Below are positions 21,532-29,049 of a stretch of 32,000 nucleotides of DNA, one piece after another. Both the position numbers and the translations under genes were made by a program. The notes beneath the pieces are model-generated. The model saw only the letters and a program-made list of their open reading frames with translations, searched no databases and was not told the DNA's origin. The stretch is from contig OY780959.1 of the NCBI GenBank assembly GCA_963675915.1, positions 1,500,001 through 1,532,000 on the forward strand, written 5' to 3'. Source of the stretch: Coprobacillaceae bacterium (GTDB lineage: Bacteria; Bacillota_I; Bacilli_A; Erysipelotrichales; Coprobacillaceae). Each line of letters begins with the position of its first letter. Within the stretch, counting starts at the first letter, position 1.

Positions 21532-21553
21532 AATTCTGTTTAGTTTTCAATGA
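21532..21553 (-). other. 16S leader: 5' half of the processing stem (21532-21547) overlapping a boxA-like TCATTGAAAACT (21542-21553)
   Basis: See the two spacer elements above. There is exact 16-nt complementarity to 19859-19874 and exact 12-nt identity to 19822-19833. Confidence 0.5.
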
Positions 21554-21581
21554 ACTGTGGCCCTCTTGAGCCGACTAAATC

Positions 21582-21610
21582 ATCATACTACACATATGAG
21601 TATAAGTCAA
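21582..21610 (-). promoter_or_regulatory. rrn promoter, proximal (TTGACT-17-TATGAT)
   Basis: On the minus strand, TTGACT (21610-21605), a 17-nt spacer and TATGAT (21587-21582). Confidence 0.6.
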
Positions 21611-21680
21611 TAGTTTTTTGATTTTTTTCTTCCGGAACAAAATTCCGAAAAGCACACTGCTCGTTCGAGTCAGCTTATTA

Positions 21681-21709
21681 ATAATAACCCAAAACAACTC
21701 TATCGTCAA
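21681..21709 (-). promoter_or_regulatory. rrn promoter, distal (TTGACG-17-TATTAT) with an upstream A-tract
   Basis: On the minus strand, TTGACG (21709-21704), a 17-nt spacer and TATTAT (21686-21681). A run of As upstream (rc of the T-run near 21720-21730) looks like an UP element. Tandem promoters are typical of rrn operons. Confidence 0.55.
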
Positions 21710-21791
21710 GGCGTTTCCTGATTTTTTTTAAATAGTTTTCAACAGTTATACAATTATCAGTCATCTGGGTTTTAAAATTGTCCGACAAAAT

Positions 21792-21813
21792 AAAAAAGTC
21801 TCTTTCGAGACTT
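21792..21813 (-). terminator. Rho-independent terminator after the BMP lipoprotein gene
   Basis: Arms AAGTCTC (21796-21802) and GAGACTT (21807-21813) flank a 4-nt loop, with a U-run on the minus strand. Confidence 0.7.
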
Positions 21814-21840
21814 AATTATCGCCATCTTAATAGATTAAAA

Positions 21841-22938
21841 TTATTGACCTAAATAGTCAACAGTAACATTGCTCAATCCCAACTCACTTGGATCAGTTGG
21901 ATCACCTTGGTCAGTACCTGGTACCAGTACAGTAGTACCGTCTACCAATCCTGCATAGATTGTATCGTATTGATCTTGAGTGAATGTTGTGAATGATGAT
22001 GTTGCCATTGGTAATTCCACACCTAATTTAGATGCATCCAGAACAGTAGTAGATCCCCCTGGGAATGTACCATTATAGTAAGTAGCTAATGTATCCGAGA
22101 TTGCTTTTCTCAAGTTTTTCATTGCTGAAGTGATAACTGTATCTGATTCGATTGATTGATCAACATCGACCCCGATTGTCAGACCGTTGTTTGCTTCAGC
22201 AGCCTTGAATACTGAGTTTCCAGCACCACCGGCAGAAGCGAAGATCACTTCAGTTCCACCATTGTACCAAGATGCAGCTTGAGTTTGGTACTCAGGAGTT
22301 GGATTGAATCCGCCTAAATAAGTATATTTAACGTTTACATTCGCAACACCGGTATCAATAGCAGCTTGATTGGCTCCTTGTAGATAACCGAATCCAAAAC
22401 GGATTACCGCCGGTACAGCCATACCACCCATGAATCCTAATTCTGTATATCCTTCAACTACTGCAGCATAACCAGCCAAGTAACCAGCTTGGTCTTCTTG
22501 GAAAAGGATTGCTGTAGTGTTTTCAGCTGTTACGTAGCTGCTGTAATCCGCACTATGAGGTTCCCCATCCAACAGGATGAAGTTAACATCCGGATATGTA
22601 GTTTGAGCTTCGTAGACAGCTTCTTCAAATAAGAACCCTGGACATACAATCACTTTAGCCCCACCTGTGACAGCCAAATCGATTGCAGCTAACATGTTTT
22701 CCAAAGTCTGATCTGCAGGTTTGTAATATTTGTATGAAATATTGTTTTCATTCGCATAGTCTTGAATCCCCTCGTAAGAACCTTGATTGAATGATTTATC
22801 ATCAATTGTCCCTACATCTGTAACTAATGCGATTTCATATGTATCTGAATCCCCTGAATCTGTTCCAGCAGATGATGAACATCCAGCCAGTCCCAGAACC
22901 ATTGAACCAACCAGTAATAAGCTTAATAACTTTTTCAT
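21841..22938 (-). CDS. BMP-family ABC transporter substrate-binding lipoprotein (PnrA/Med-like; probably nucleoside-binding)
   Basis: Signal peptide and lipobox MKKLLSLLLVGSMVLGLAGCSS, followed by the BMP hallmark ALVTDVGTIDDKSFNQGSYEG. Confidence 0.9.
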   Translation of the reverse strand: MKKLLSLLLVGSMVLGLAGCSSSAGTDSGDSDTYEIALVTDVGTIDDKSFNQGSYEGIQDYANENNISYKYYKPADQTLENMLAAIDLAVTGGAKVIVCPGFLFEEAVYEAQTTYPDVNFILLDGEPHSADYSSYVTAENTTAILFQEDQAGYLAGYAAVVEGYTELGFMGGMAVPAVIRFGFGYLQGANQAAIDTGVANVNVKYTYLGGFNPTPEYQTQAASWYNGGTEVIFASAGGAGNSVFKAAEANNGLTIGVDVDQSIESDTVITSAMKNLRKAISDTLATYYNGTFPGGSTTVLDASKLGVELPMATSSFTTFTQDQYDTIYAGLVDGTTVLVPGTDQGDPTDPSELGLSNVTVDYLGQ

Positions 22939-23006
22939 TTTCTTCCTCCAAATATCTAATTAAGATGGCATAACATATTTATCAAAAATACCCTAGTATT
23001 AATGAA

Positions 23007-23960
23007 CTATCTAGATCCCTTGTCGTAAGGGATTCCTTCGGCAAGCGGTGCCTGCGAAGATTTCGAAGTGAACATCAAAACAATCAGCGTAGCAAGATAC
23101 GGAATCATCTTGTAGACATTTGCCGGAATCGGCAATGACGACAGGATTGGCACGATTGCATATGCCGATGCCAGAGTTTTCATCACTCCAAAGAAGAACG
23201 CCGCAACGAAAATTCGTTTCGAACGCCATTGACCGAAAATCAAAACCGCCAGCGCCAGGAAACCATATCCGGAAACTGTGGCATTGAAATTGGTAGAAGT
23301 CGGAATTACAAAGATTATCCCACCGATACCAGCCAGGAATCCGGAAATGGCGGTTCCAAAGTAACGGATCCGTTCCACCGAGATACCAACTGAATCAGCT
23401 GCCCCGGGATGTTCCCCGCAGGCGCGTAATCTTAAACCAAAACGAGTCTTATTGATAACTACCGCTCCGACAAGATAAATAATTATCCCGATTAGAGTGG
23501 TCAGATAAAATTGTCTGAAAAACATTCCCCCGATAATCGGAATCGATCCAAGAATCGGAACCGAAGCCACCCGGAAATCATCCACAAAAGCTATTTGGGA
23601 TATTCCCGTGAAAAGACGGGCCACAAAAATCGCAAAAGCAGGCGCAAACATGTTTAGAGCCGTACCTGAGATAACCTGGTCAGCCTTCATGTTGATTGAT
23701 GCAAATGCATGAAGCAGTGAGAAGATCGCCCCAGCCAATCCGGCCACCAGCACCGAAACTATTAGCAACAACTGACTTGGAAGCAAATCGGCAGCAAAAT
23801 TCATAAATACAATTCCAAAGAACGCCCCGATGATCATTATCCCTTCAAGAGCGATATTGACGATCCCCGAACGTTCGGAATACATCCCACCAATAGCTAC
23901 AATCAATAAGGGAATAGCGAAGTACATTGTCTGTTGCGAGATAAAATAAAGTACATCCAT
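23007..23960 (-). CDS. ABC transporter permease (BMP/nucleoside system, second permease)
   Basis: 317 aa, polytopic and glycine-rich, in the branched-chain/ribose-type permease family. It lies between the BMP SBP gene and the first permease gene. Confidence 0.85.
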   Translation of the reverse strand: MDVLYFISQQTMYFAIPLLIVAIGGMYSERSGIVNIALEGIMIIGAFFGIVFMNFAADLLPSQLLLIVSVLVAGLAGAIFSLLHAFASINMKADQVISGTALNMFAPAFAIFVARLFTGISQIAFVDDFRVASVPILGSIPIIGGMFFRQFYLTTLIGIIIYLVGAVVINKTRFGLRLRACGEHPGAADSVGISVERIRYFGTAISGFLAGIGGIIFVIPTSTNFNATVSGYGFLALAVLIFGQWRSKRIFVAAFFFGVMKTLASAYAIVPILSSLPIPANVYKMIPYLATLIVLMFTSKSSQAPLAEGIPYDKGSR

Positions 23961-23962
23961 CG

Positions 23963-25057
23963 TTAATCAGCCTCCTTATCGACTTTGATAACTTTCCGTA
24001 ATAATCCTTTGAAAATCAGGGAAAGCGCTCCGCAATAAATGATTGCGGCAATAATTATATCAATTACTTCCGGAGCATAGTTGTAGAGTTGCATCTGAAC
24101 CCCACCTAAAGTGATATGCTGGATGAACAGCCCCGAGAACAGGATTCCAATTGGGTTTGAAGCTCCAAGCAAGGCCACCGCTATCCCACTGAATCCTTCT
24201 GGAGAAATCGTATCGACAACATGCCAATATTTTCCGATATCCGCCAAATAGATCAGCGATCCGCCGATTCCCGACAAAGCGCCGGCAATGACCATTGAAA
24301 TCACAATATTCCGCTTGGCATTGATTCCGGCATAGTTGGTTGCATCACGGTTCATTCCGACCGCCTTGATTTCATAACCGAAAGTAGTTTTATTTAAAAC
24401 GATATAAATCAGCACCACGAAAAACAACACAATCAAAATGGCAATCGAACTTTTCCCGCCCGGGATCAGATTATCCATGAACCACTGAGGCAGATAAGCC
24501 GTTTTTTCAACCGGTGACGACTGGTTTTTCAACATGTCGTAGAAATTACCTTTGACCACCATGTTGACTCCGTAAACACCGATGTAATTCAGCATGATGG
24601 TTGCAATTACTTCGTTTACATTCAAATAAGCTTTGAGCAGTCCGGGAATGAAGCCCCAGAACGCTCCGGCTGCCATGGCAGCCAAAACCGCAATCAGCCA
24701 GTGTACCGGTGATGCCAGGGAAGCAATATTCCCGACATACATCGCAGCACAAGCCCCAACCATGAACTGGCCGGAAGCCCCGATATTGAAAAGTCCGGTT
24801 TTAAAGGCAAATCCCACTGACAGACCGGTCATGATAATCGGCGCCGATAGGTAGAACAACTTATCGATTCCCGACATTCCCGATGAAAAAGCCCCGCCTA
24901 AAATGGCCGTGAATCCGCCCACCGCATGACTTGGATCGGCAATAATAAGAATCACAAATCCAAACAACAGCCCGACTACAATCGAAAGCAATGAAGACAG
25001 GGCCGAAATTGTTCCTTCACTACGAAAGATTCTGCTTACTCTATCCATTGACCTCAC
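23963..25057 (-). CDS. ABC transporter permease (BMP/nucleoside system, first permease)
   Basis: 364 aa and polytopic. Its start overlaps the end of the ATPase gene by 17 nt, which suggests translational coupling. Confidence 0.85.
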   Translation of the reverse strand: MRSMDRVSRIFRSEGTISALSSLLSIVVGLLFGFVILIIADPSHAVGGFTAILGGAFSSGMSGIDKLFYLSAPIIMTGLSVGFAFKTGLFNIGASGQFMVGACAAMYVGNIASLASPVHWLIAVLAAMAAGAFWGFIPGLLKAYLNVNEVIATIMLNYIGVYGVNMVVKGNFYDMLKNQSSPVEKTAYLPQWFMDNLIPGGKSSIAILIVLFFVVLIYIVLNKTTFGYEIKAVGMNRDATNYAGINAKRNIVISMVIAGALSGIGGSLIYLADIGKYWHVVDTISPEGFSGIAVALLGASNPIGILFSGLFIQHITLGGVQMQLYNYAPEVIDIIIAAIIYCGALSLIFKGLLRKVIKVDKEAD

Positions 25058-26570
25058 CTCGCTTGCTTCCTGACATATACAATCCCAACTCCTGAACTGT
25101 TATGTCTTCCGGTTTGACGTCAGCGACAATCTCACCTTCATATATTACAATGATCCGATCGGATACATTCATAACTTCATCAAGTTCCAGCGATACCAGC
25201 AGGACCGCTTTGCCCTGGTCGCGTTGAGCCACCAACTGGCTGTGAATATATTCAATCGCTCCGACATCAAGACCGCGAACCGGCTGAACCGCAACAATCA
25301 AATCAGGGTTCTTGTCAAGTTCCCTGGCGATAATTGCTTTTTGCTGGTTCCCTCCGGACATTCCCCGCGCCTGTGAAGTCGGTCCTTTTGAAGAACGGAT
25401 ATCAAATTTTTCAATCAGATAATTCGCATATTTCCGGATTGCCGGAAACTTCAAGAATCCCATTTTTTGGAATCTTTTTTCAAAGTAAGTCTGTAAAATC
25501 AGATTTTCTTCCAAAGTGTAGTCCAGCACCAGACCATGTTTATGACGGTCTTCAGGAATGTGCGACATACCACTGGTATTTCTTTTTCTAATTGGGGTAT
25601 TGGTGATATCTTCACCTTTGAATTTGATCGTACCCCCGGCAACTTTCTCAAGGCCGGTGATTCCATAAACCAATTCGGTCTGGCCGTTTCCATCAATTCC
25701 GGCAACAGTCAGAATTTCTCCGGCCCGGACATCAAACGAAACGCCATTGACAGCCATTTTGGCTCCGTGGGCGGCTTTCATTTTCAAGTCTCTTACCTCA
25801 AGGATCGCGCCGTCGAGTTTTTGAGGAGCTTTTTCCACTTGAAGATTGACTTTCCGGCCAACCATCATTTCCGACATTTCTTCTTTTGAAGTTGAAGCAA
25901 CATCGATGGTCCCGATGTATTTCCCTTTTCTAAGAACAGTACAGCGGTTGCAAACCTCTTTGATTTCATTCAATTTATGAGTAATGAAAATGATTGATTT
26001 TCCTTCATTGATCAATCTTTTCATTATCGCCATCAACTCCGTGATTTCCTGAGGAGTCAAAACCGCCGTCGGTTCATCGAAAATCAGGATTTCATTTTCG
26101 CGGTAGAGCATTTTCAAAATCTCAACCCTTTGTTGCATCCCGACCGTGATATCACTAATCAAAGCATCCGGATCGATATGAAAATTATATTGTTTAGACA
26201 ATTCCAGTACCCTTTTGCGGGCATCATCCATCTTTAAGAATCCGGATTTTGTCGTTTCATGACCCAACACAATCGATTCAAGAACCGTAAAGTTGTGAAC
26301 CAGTTTGAAATGCTGGTGAACCATTCCGATCCCCAGGGCATTGGCATCATTGGGATTGTCGATTGAAACTTTTTTTCCTTCAATCAGAATTTCCCCGGCT
26401 TCAGGCTGGTATATCCCGAAAAGAACACTCATCAGTGTTGATTTCCCGGCTCCGTTTTCACCAAGCAAGGCGTGAATCTCACCTTTTCCAACATGTAGAG
26501 TCACATCGTCATTTGCTTTGAAATCACCGAACTTTTTTGTTATGTGATTCATCTCTATCACATTAGCCAT
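25041..26570 (-). CDS. ABC transporter ATP-binding protein with duplicated ATPase domains (BMP/nucleoside system)
   Basis: 509 aa. Walker [10 protein letters not shown], Walker [12 protein letters not shown], and a second domain with the signature [15 protein letters not shown]. Confidence 0.9.
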   Translation of the reverse strand: MANVIEMNHITKKFGDFKANDDVTLHVGKGEIHALLGENGAGKSTLMSVLFGIYQPEAGEILIEGKKVSIDNPNDANALGIGMVHQHFKLVHNFTVLESIVLGHETTKSGFLKMDDARKRVLELSKQYNFHIDPDALISDITVGMQQRVEILKMLYRENEILIFDEPTAVLTPQEITELMAIMKRLINEGKSIIFITHKLNEIKEVCNRCTVLRKGKYIGTIDVASTSKEEMSEMMVGRKVNLQVEKAPQKLDGAILEVRDLKMKAAHGAKMAVNGVSFDVRAGEILTVAGIDGNGQTELVYGITGLEKVAGGTIKFKGEDITNTPIRKRNTSGMSHIPEDRHKHGLVLDYTLEENLILQTYFEKRFQKMGFLKFPAIRKYANYLIEKFDIRSSKGPTSQARGMSGGNQQKAIIARELDKNPDLIVAVQPVRGLDVGAIEYIHSQLVAQRDQGKAVLLVSLELDEVMNVSDRIIVIYEGEIVADVKPEDITVQELGLYMSGSKRGEVNG

Positions 26571-26592
26571 CTACTCTCTCCCTTCAAATTTA

Positions 26593-27315
26593 CTAATATA
26601 TCTTGCTGGCAAGAAAATCATCCATCAGCTTAAACTGTTCTTTGGTGATGATGATTGAATGTCCTGCTCTGGTAATAAAATTCTTCGACTTAAGCGTCGA
26701 AATCGCCCGATTCAAGGTTTTTCGCGACAACCCGGAGATGTTTGCATATTCGTCAATTGTCATCTTGAGTTCGCAATAGCCATTTTTTTCATATTGCTTG
26801 TACAGTCGGTACAAAACCAGAATGAACCGGTCCACTCCGTGGAGGAATAAGAACACCCTCTCTTTTTTTGTTTGTTCCAACAAATACGTCAAAAGCAATT
26901 TGATATCTTTTTGAATAACCATCGGATCATTGCGCAACCATCGTGCGAACGATTCATAATCAATGGCAATCAAGGTACATTTTGTAATTGTTGCCAGGGT
27001 GGTTTCATATTTGGGTGCGTCGAGATAAAGTTCCATCGGGCCGAATGTATTGAACGCATTCATCCGCATATACTCGTACTCCACTCCCAGCACTCGGTAA
27101 TCAACCGCCTTAACTGTTCCTTCAACCAGAAGATAAATATAATCAACCGGTGAATCTTCACGGATGAAAATCTCATTTTCATCCAGGTGCATTACTCTCA
27201 TTTTATCGAAAATCCACAACGGTGCCGAATACAAATAATCAACTAATTGTTCCTGATTCTTTTCGGGCAATTTATCAATTTCCCGGAATATTTTTTTATA
27301 TCCACTATCGTCCAT
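26593..27315 (-). CDS. Crp/Fnr-family transcriptional regulator
   Basis: 240 aa with an N-terminal cNMP-binding-like beta-roll (IFIREDSPVDYIYLLVEGTVKA) and a C-terminal HTH (IDEYANISGLSRKTLNRAISTLKSKNFI). I see no N-terminal Cys cluster, so it is not a classical [4Fe-4S] FNR. It lies 22 nt upstream of the ABC ATPase gene on the same strand. Confidence 0.8.
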   Translation of the reverse strand: MDDSGYKKIFREIDKLPEKNQEQLVDYLYSAPLWIFDKMRVMHLDENEIFIREDSPVDYIYLLVEGTVKAVDYRVLGVEYEYMRMNAFNTFGPMELYLDAPKYETTLATITKCTLIAIDYESFARWLRNDPMVIQKDIKLLLTYLLEQTKKERVFLFLHGVDRFILVLYRLYKQYEKNGYCELKMTIDEYANISGLSRKTLNRAISTLKSKNFITRAGHSIIITKEQFKLMDDFLASKIY

Positions 27316-27356
27316 ATTTTACCTGCTTATAAAAATCCGCAATCTTGCACTATCTA

Positions 27357-27397
27357 ATAATAATTCCAAGATTTCTTCAAAACAACGTCATTTGACG
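27357..27397 (-). promoter_or_regulatory. Candidate promoter of the Crp/Fnr gene (TTGTTT-17-TATTAT) with the palindrome CGTCA-TT-TGACG abutting the -35
   Basis: The -10 is at 27362-27357 and the -35 at 27385-27380. The palindrome at 27386-27397 is centred about -41.5 relative to the inferred start (~27350). Confidence 0.35.
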
Positions 27398-27637
27398 CTT
27401 TTTTTTCAAAATTCTCCAAAAATAGTTATTAAGGTAATAATTTTTTATCACTAACTTTCCCTGCTTACCCCACTTTCAGTCAATCTTCAACCTAATCCCG
27501 GTTCACCAATTTTCAATCTCACCTAAAAATCTGATATATTGGCGATTTCAATACTCATCAGGGCATCTTTCTGCCAATATTTCTCACTTATAGTCATATC
27601 TATATTTTAATACGCATTCGCTATTTTCGCAAATCAA

Positions 27638-27657
27638 TTGTTAAATGAATTTAACAA
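27638..27657. promoter_or_regulatory. Perfect 20-bp palindrome TTGTTAAA-TGAA-TTTAACAA overlapping the -35 of the grcA-like promoter; candidate operator
   Basis: The 8-bp arms are exact reverse complements. TATAAT lies at 27662-27667, so the site spans about -36 to -17. Confidence 0.5.
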
Positions 27658-27724
27658 AGCATATAATTAGTAATCATTACTAACATGTGTTATCATGAAA
27701 TTAGATAAATTAGGAGGAAGTTAT

Positions 27725-27964
27725 ATGGCAAAAGATAATCAAGTAGACAATTTAGTAAATATGTTGGATGGATATGTAGAACAAGGTGGTCATCATCTTA
27801 ACGTTAACGTGTTCAACCGTGATACTTTGCTGGATGCTCAGCAACATCCGGAAAAATATCCTCAGTTGACAGTGAGAGTCAGCGGTTACGCTGTTAACTT
27901 TGTCAAACTGACTAAAGAACAACAAGATGATGTTATTTCCCGTACTTTCCATAAAGGAATGTAG
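27725..27964 (+). CDS. grcA: Autonomous glycyl-radical cofactor-like protein (stand-alone PFL C-terminal glycine-radical domain, 79 aa)
   Basis: [55 protein letters not shown] matches the PFL/GrcA radical-domain consensus (GGQHLNVNV...[29 protein letters not shown]). Start placed at ATG 27725 with AGGAGG upstream; the ORF-track start at 27695 lacks an RBS. Confidence 0.85.
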   Translation: MAKDNQVDNLVNMLDGYVEQGGHHLNVNVFNRDTLLDAQQHPEKYPQLTVRVSGYAVNFVKLTKEQQDDVISRTFHKGM

Positions 27965-27974
27965 ATACTAAAAA

Positions 27975-28015
27975 AAGCTTGGTTGTGCAATTAATTGCCC
28001 AGACCAAGCTTTTTG
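27975..28015 (+). terminator. Rho-independent terminator after the grcA-like gene
   Basis: Outer arms AAGCTTGGT (27975-27983) and ACCAAGCTT (28003-28011), with inner pairing GCAATT/AATTGC, followed by TTTT. Confidence 0.75.
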
Positions 28016-28035
28016 TTATTTAAACTTATTCCAGT

Positions 28036-28064
28036 TTGCATAATTCCAAGCTAAGGAATATAAT
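28036..28064 (+). promoter_or_regulatory. Sigma-A promoter TTGCAT-17-TATAAT for the small membrane ORF
   Basis: TTGCAT at 28036-28041, a 17-nt spacer and TATAAT at 28059-28064. Confidence 0.6.
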
Positions 28065-28123
28065 ATATTTAACGACCTTTGGTGACCTAAACTTTTCGTT
28101 CCACTTCGTTGGAGGTGTACTAT

Positions 28124-28327
28124 ATGAAAGGATTAATCTTCTGGTATCTCAAAATTTTCACCATGATGGGGCTATCTTCAATATATTTCCAAATTGTCAA
28201 TATCTTGATTGATGATCTTCATGTCCTGGAGACTTTGACTCTGATGTTTGTCATCATGATATATATTGTTTTGTTTTTACCATTATTATTGTGGATCGTC
28301 AAAAGTTCCCTGGTTCCAAAGACCTAA
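28124..28327 (+). CDS. Small hypothetical membrane protein (67 aa, two predicted TM helices)
   Basis: ATG 28124 has GGAGG 8 nt upstream. The gene has its own promoter and terminator. The sequence MKGLIFWYLKIFTMMGLSSIYFQIVNILIDD...MFVIMIYIVLFLPLLLWIV is strongly hydrophobic. I recognise no family. Confidence 0.55.
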   Translation: MKGLIFWYLKIFTMMGLSSIYFQIVNILIDDLHVLETLTLMFVIMIYIVLFLPLLLWIVKSSLVPKT

Positions 28328-28350
28328 GACACAGCTTTCTGTGTCTTTTT
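28327..28350 (+). terminator. Rho-independent terminator after the small membrane ORF
   Basis: Arms AGACACAG and CTGTGTCT flank a 4-nt loop, followed by TTTTTGTTTT. Confidence 0.65.
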
Positions 28351-28389
28351 GTTTTCAAAAAAACTTCCCGATTAAATACCACCAGGAAG

Positions 28390-28947
28390 TTAAAACAGAT
28401 GAGTTATCAGGATTCGAATTCCCAGCGAGATCAAAATCAATCCGCCAAGGAGTTCCGAACCGGTTTTTAACTGGTGACCGAGAATACACCCCAGCCTTAC
28501 ACCGATCATTGAAAATAACATGGTCGTCGCTCCGATTGTCGCCACTGCAAAATAGATATTTACCCCAGGAACCAACCCAAAAGTAACCCCGACCGCCAAA
28601 GCATCGATACTCGTCGCAACAGCCATGACAAACATCGTCCTGATTGCAAAGGAGTTGCTCACATTTTCATCGTCATCCTCCAGCGCTTCTTTGATCATGG
28701 TTGCTCCAATGAAGCACAGCAGCCCAAATGCGACCCAATGATCAAACGCCGCAATATATTTTTGAAAATAGCGACCTAGATGATATCCGATAAACGGCAT
28801 CAGTCCCTGAAACCCGCCAAACCAGACTCCAGCCAGAAGCATTTGCCTGAATAAGACCTTTTTGGTTTGAAGACCTTTGCAGACCGAAACTGCAAAAGCA
28901 TCCATTGATACCCCTATCGCAATTAAAACCAACTCGAATGATGACAT
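28390..28947 (-). CDS. mntP: Manganese efflux pump MntP
   Basis: MSSFELVLIAIGVSMDAFAVSVCKGL... and a second DA motif, ATSIDALAVGVTF; the two-repeat architecture is typical of MntP. Start placed at ATG 28947 with AGGAGG (28958-28953); the upstream extension in the ORF track is rejected. Confidence 0.88.
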   Translation of the reverse strand: MSSFELVLIAIGVSMDAFAVSVCKGLQTKKVLFRQMLLAGVWFGGFQGLMPFIGYHLGRYFQKYIAAFDHWVAFGLLCFIGATMIKEALEDDDENVSNSFAIRTMFVMAVATSIDALAVGVTFGLVPGVNIYFAVATIGATTMLFSMIGVRLGCILGHQLKTGSELLGGLILISLGIRILITHLF

Positions 28948-28972
28948 AACTACCTCCTGAATTTCAAAATTT

Positions 28973-29001
28973 ATTTTATCATTGTGGCTGGTCACTGTCA
29001 A
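28973..29001 (-). promoter_or_regulatory. Sigma-A promoter TTGACA-17-TAAAAT for mntP
   Basis: On the minus strand, TTGACA (29001-28996), a 17-nt spacer ending in TGA (extended -10-like) and TAAAAT (28978-28973). The inferred leader is only about 20 nt. Confidence 0.6.
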
Positions 29002-29005
29002 ACAA

Positions 29006-29043
29006 CAAAACCCCTTGGTCCCGAACAATTAGGACCAAGGGGT
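29006..29043 (-). terminator. Rho-independent terminator after the second sugar ABC ATPase gene
   Basis: 12-bp arms ACCCCTTGGTCC (29010-29021) and GGACCAAGGGGT (29032-29043), with UUUUG following on the minus strand. Confidence 0.75.
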
Positions 29044-29049
29044 CTAAGT

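Noticed and set aside
27638-27657. Calling the palindrome a canonical Rex or CRP/FNR box.
   Set aside because: The half-site spacing is 2 bp longer than either canonical arrangement (N6 rather than N4 for TTGTTAA/TTAACAA; N8 rather than N6 for TGTTA/TAACA). I report it only as an unassigned operator candidate.
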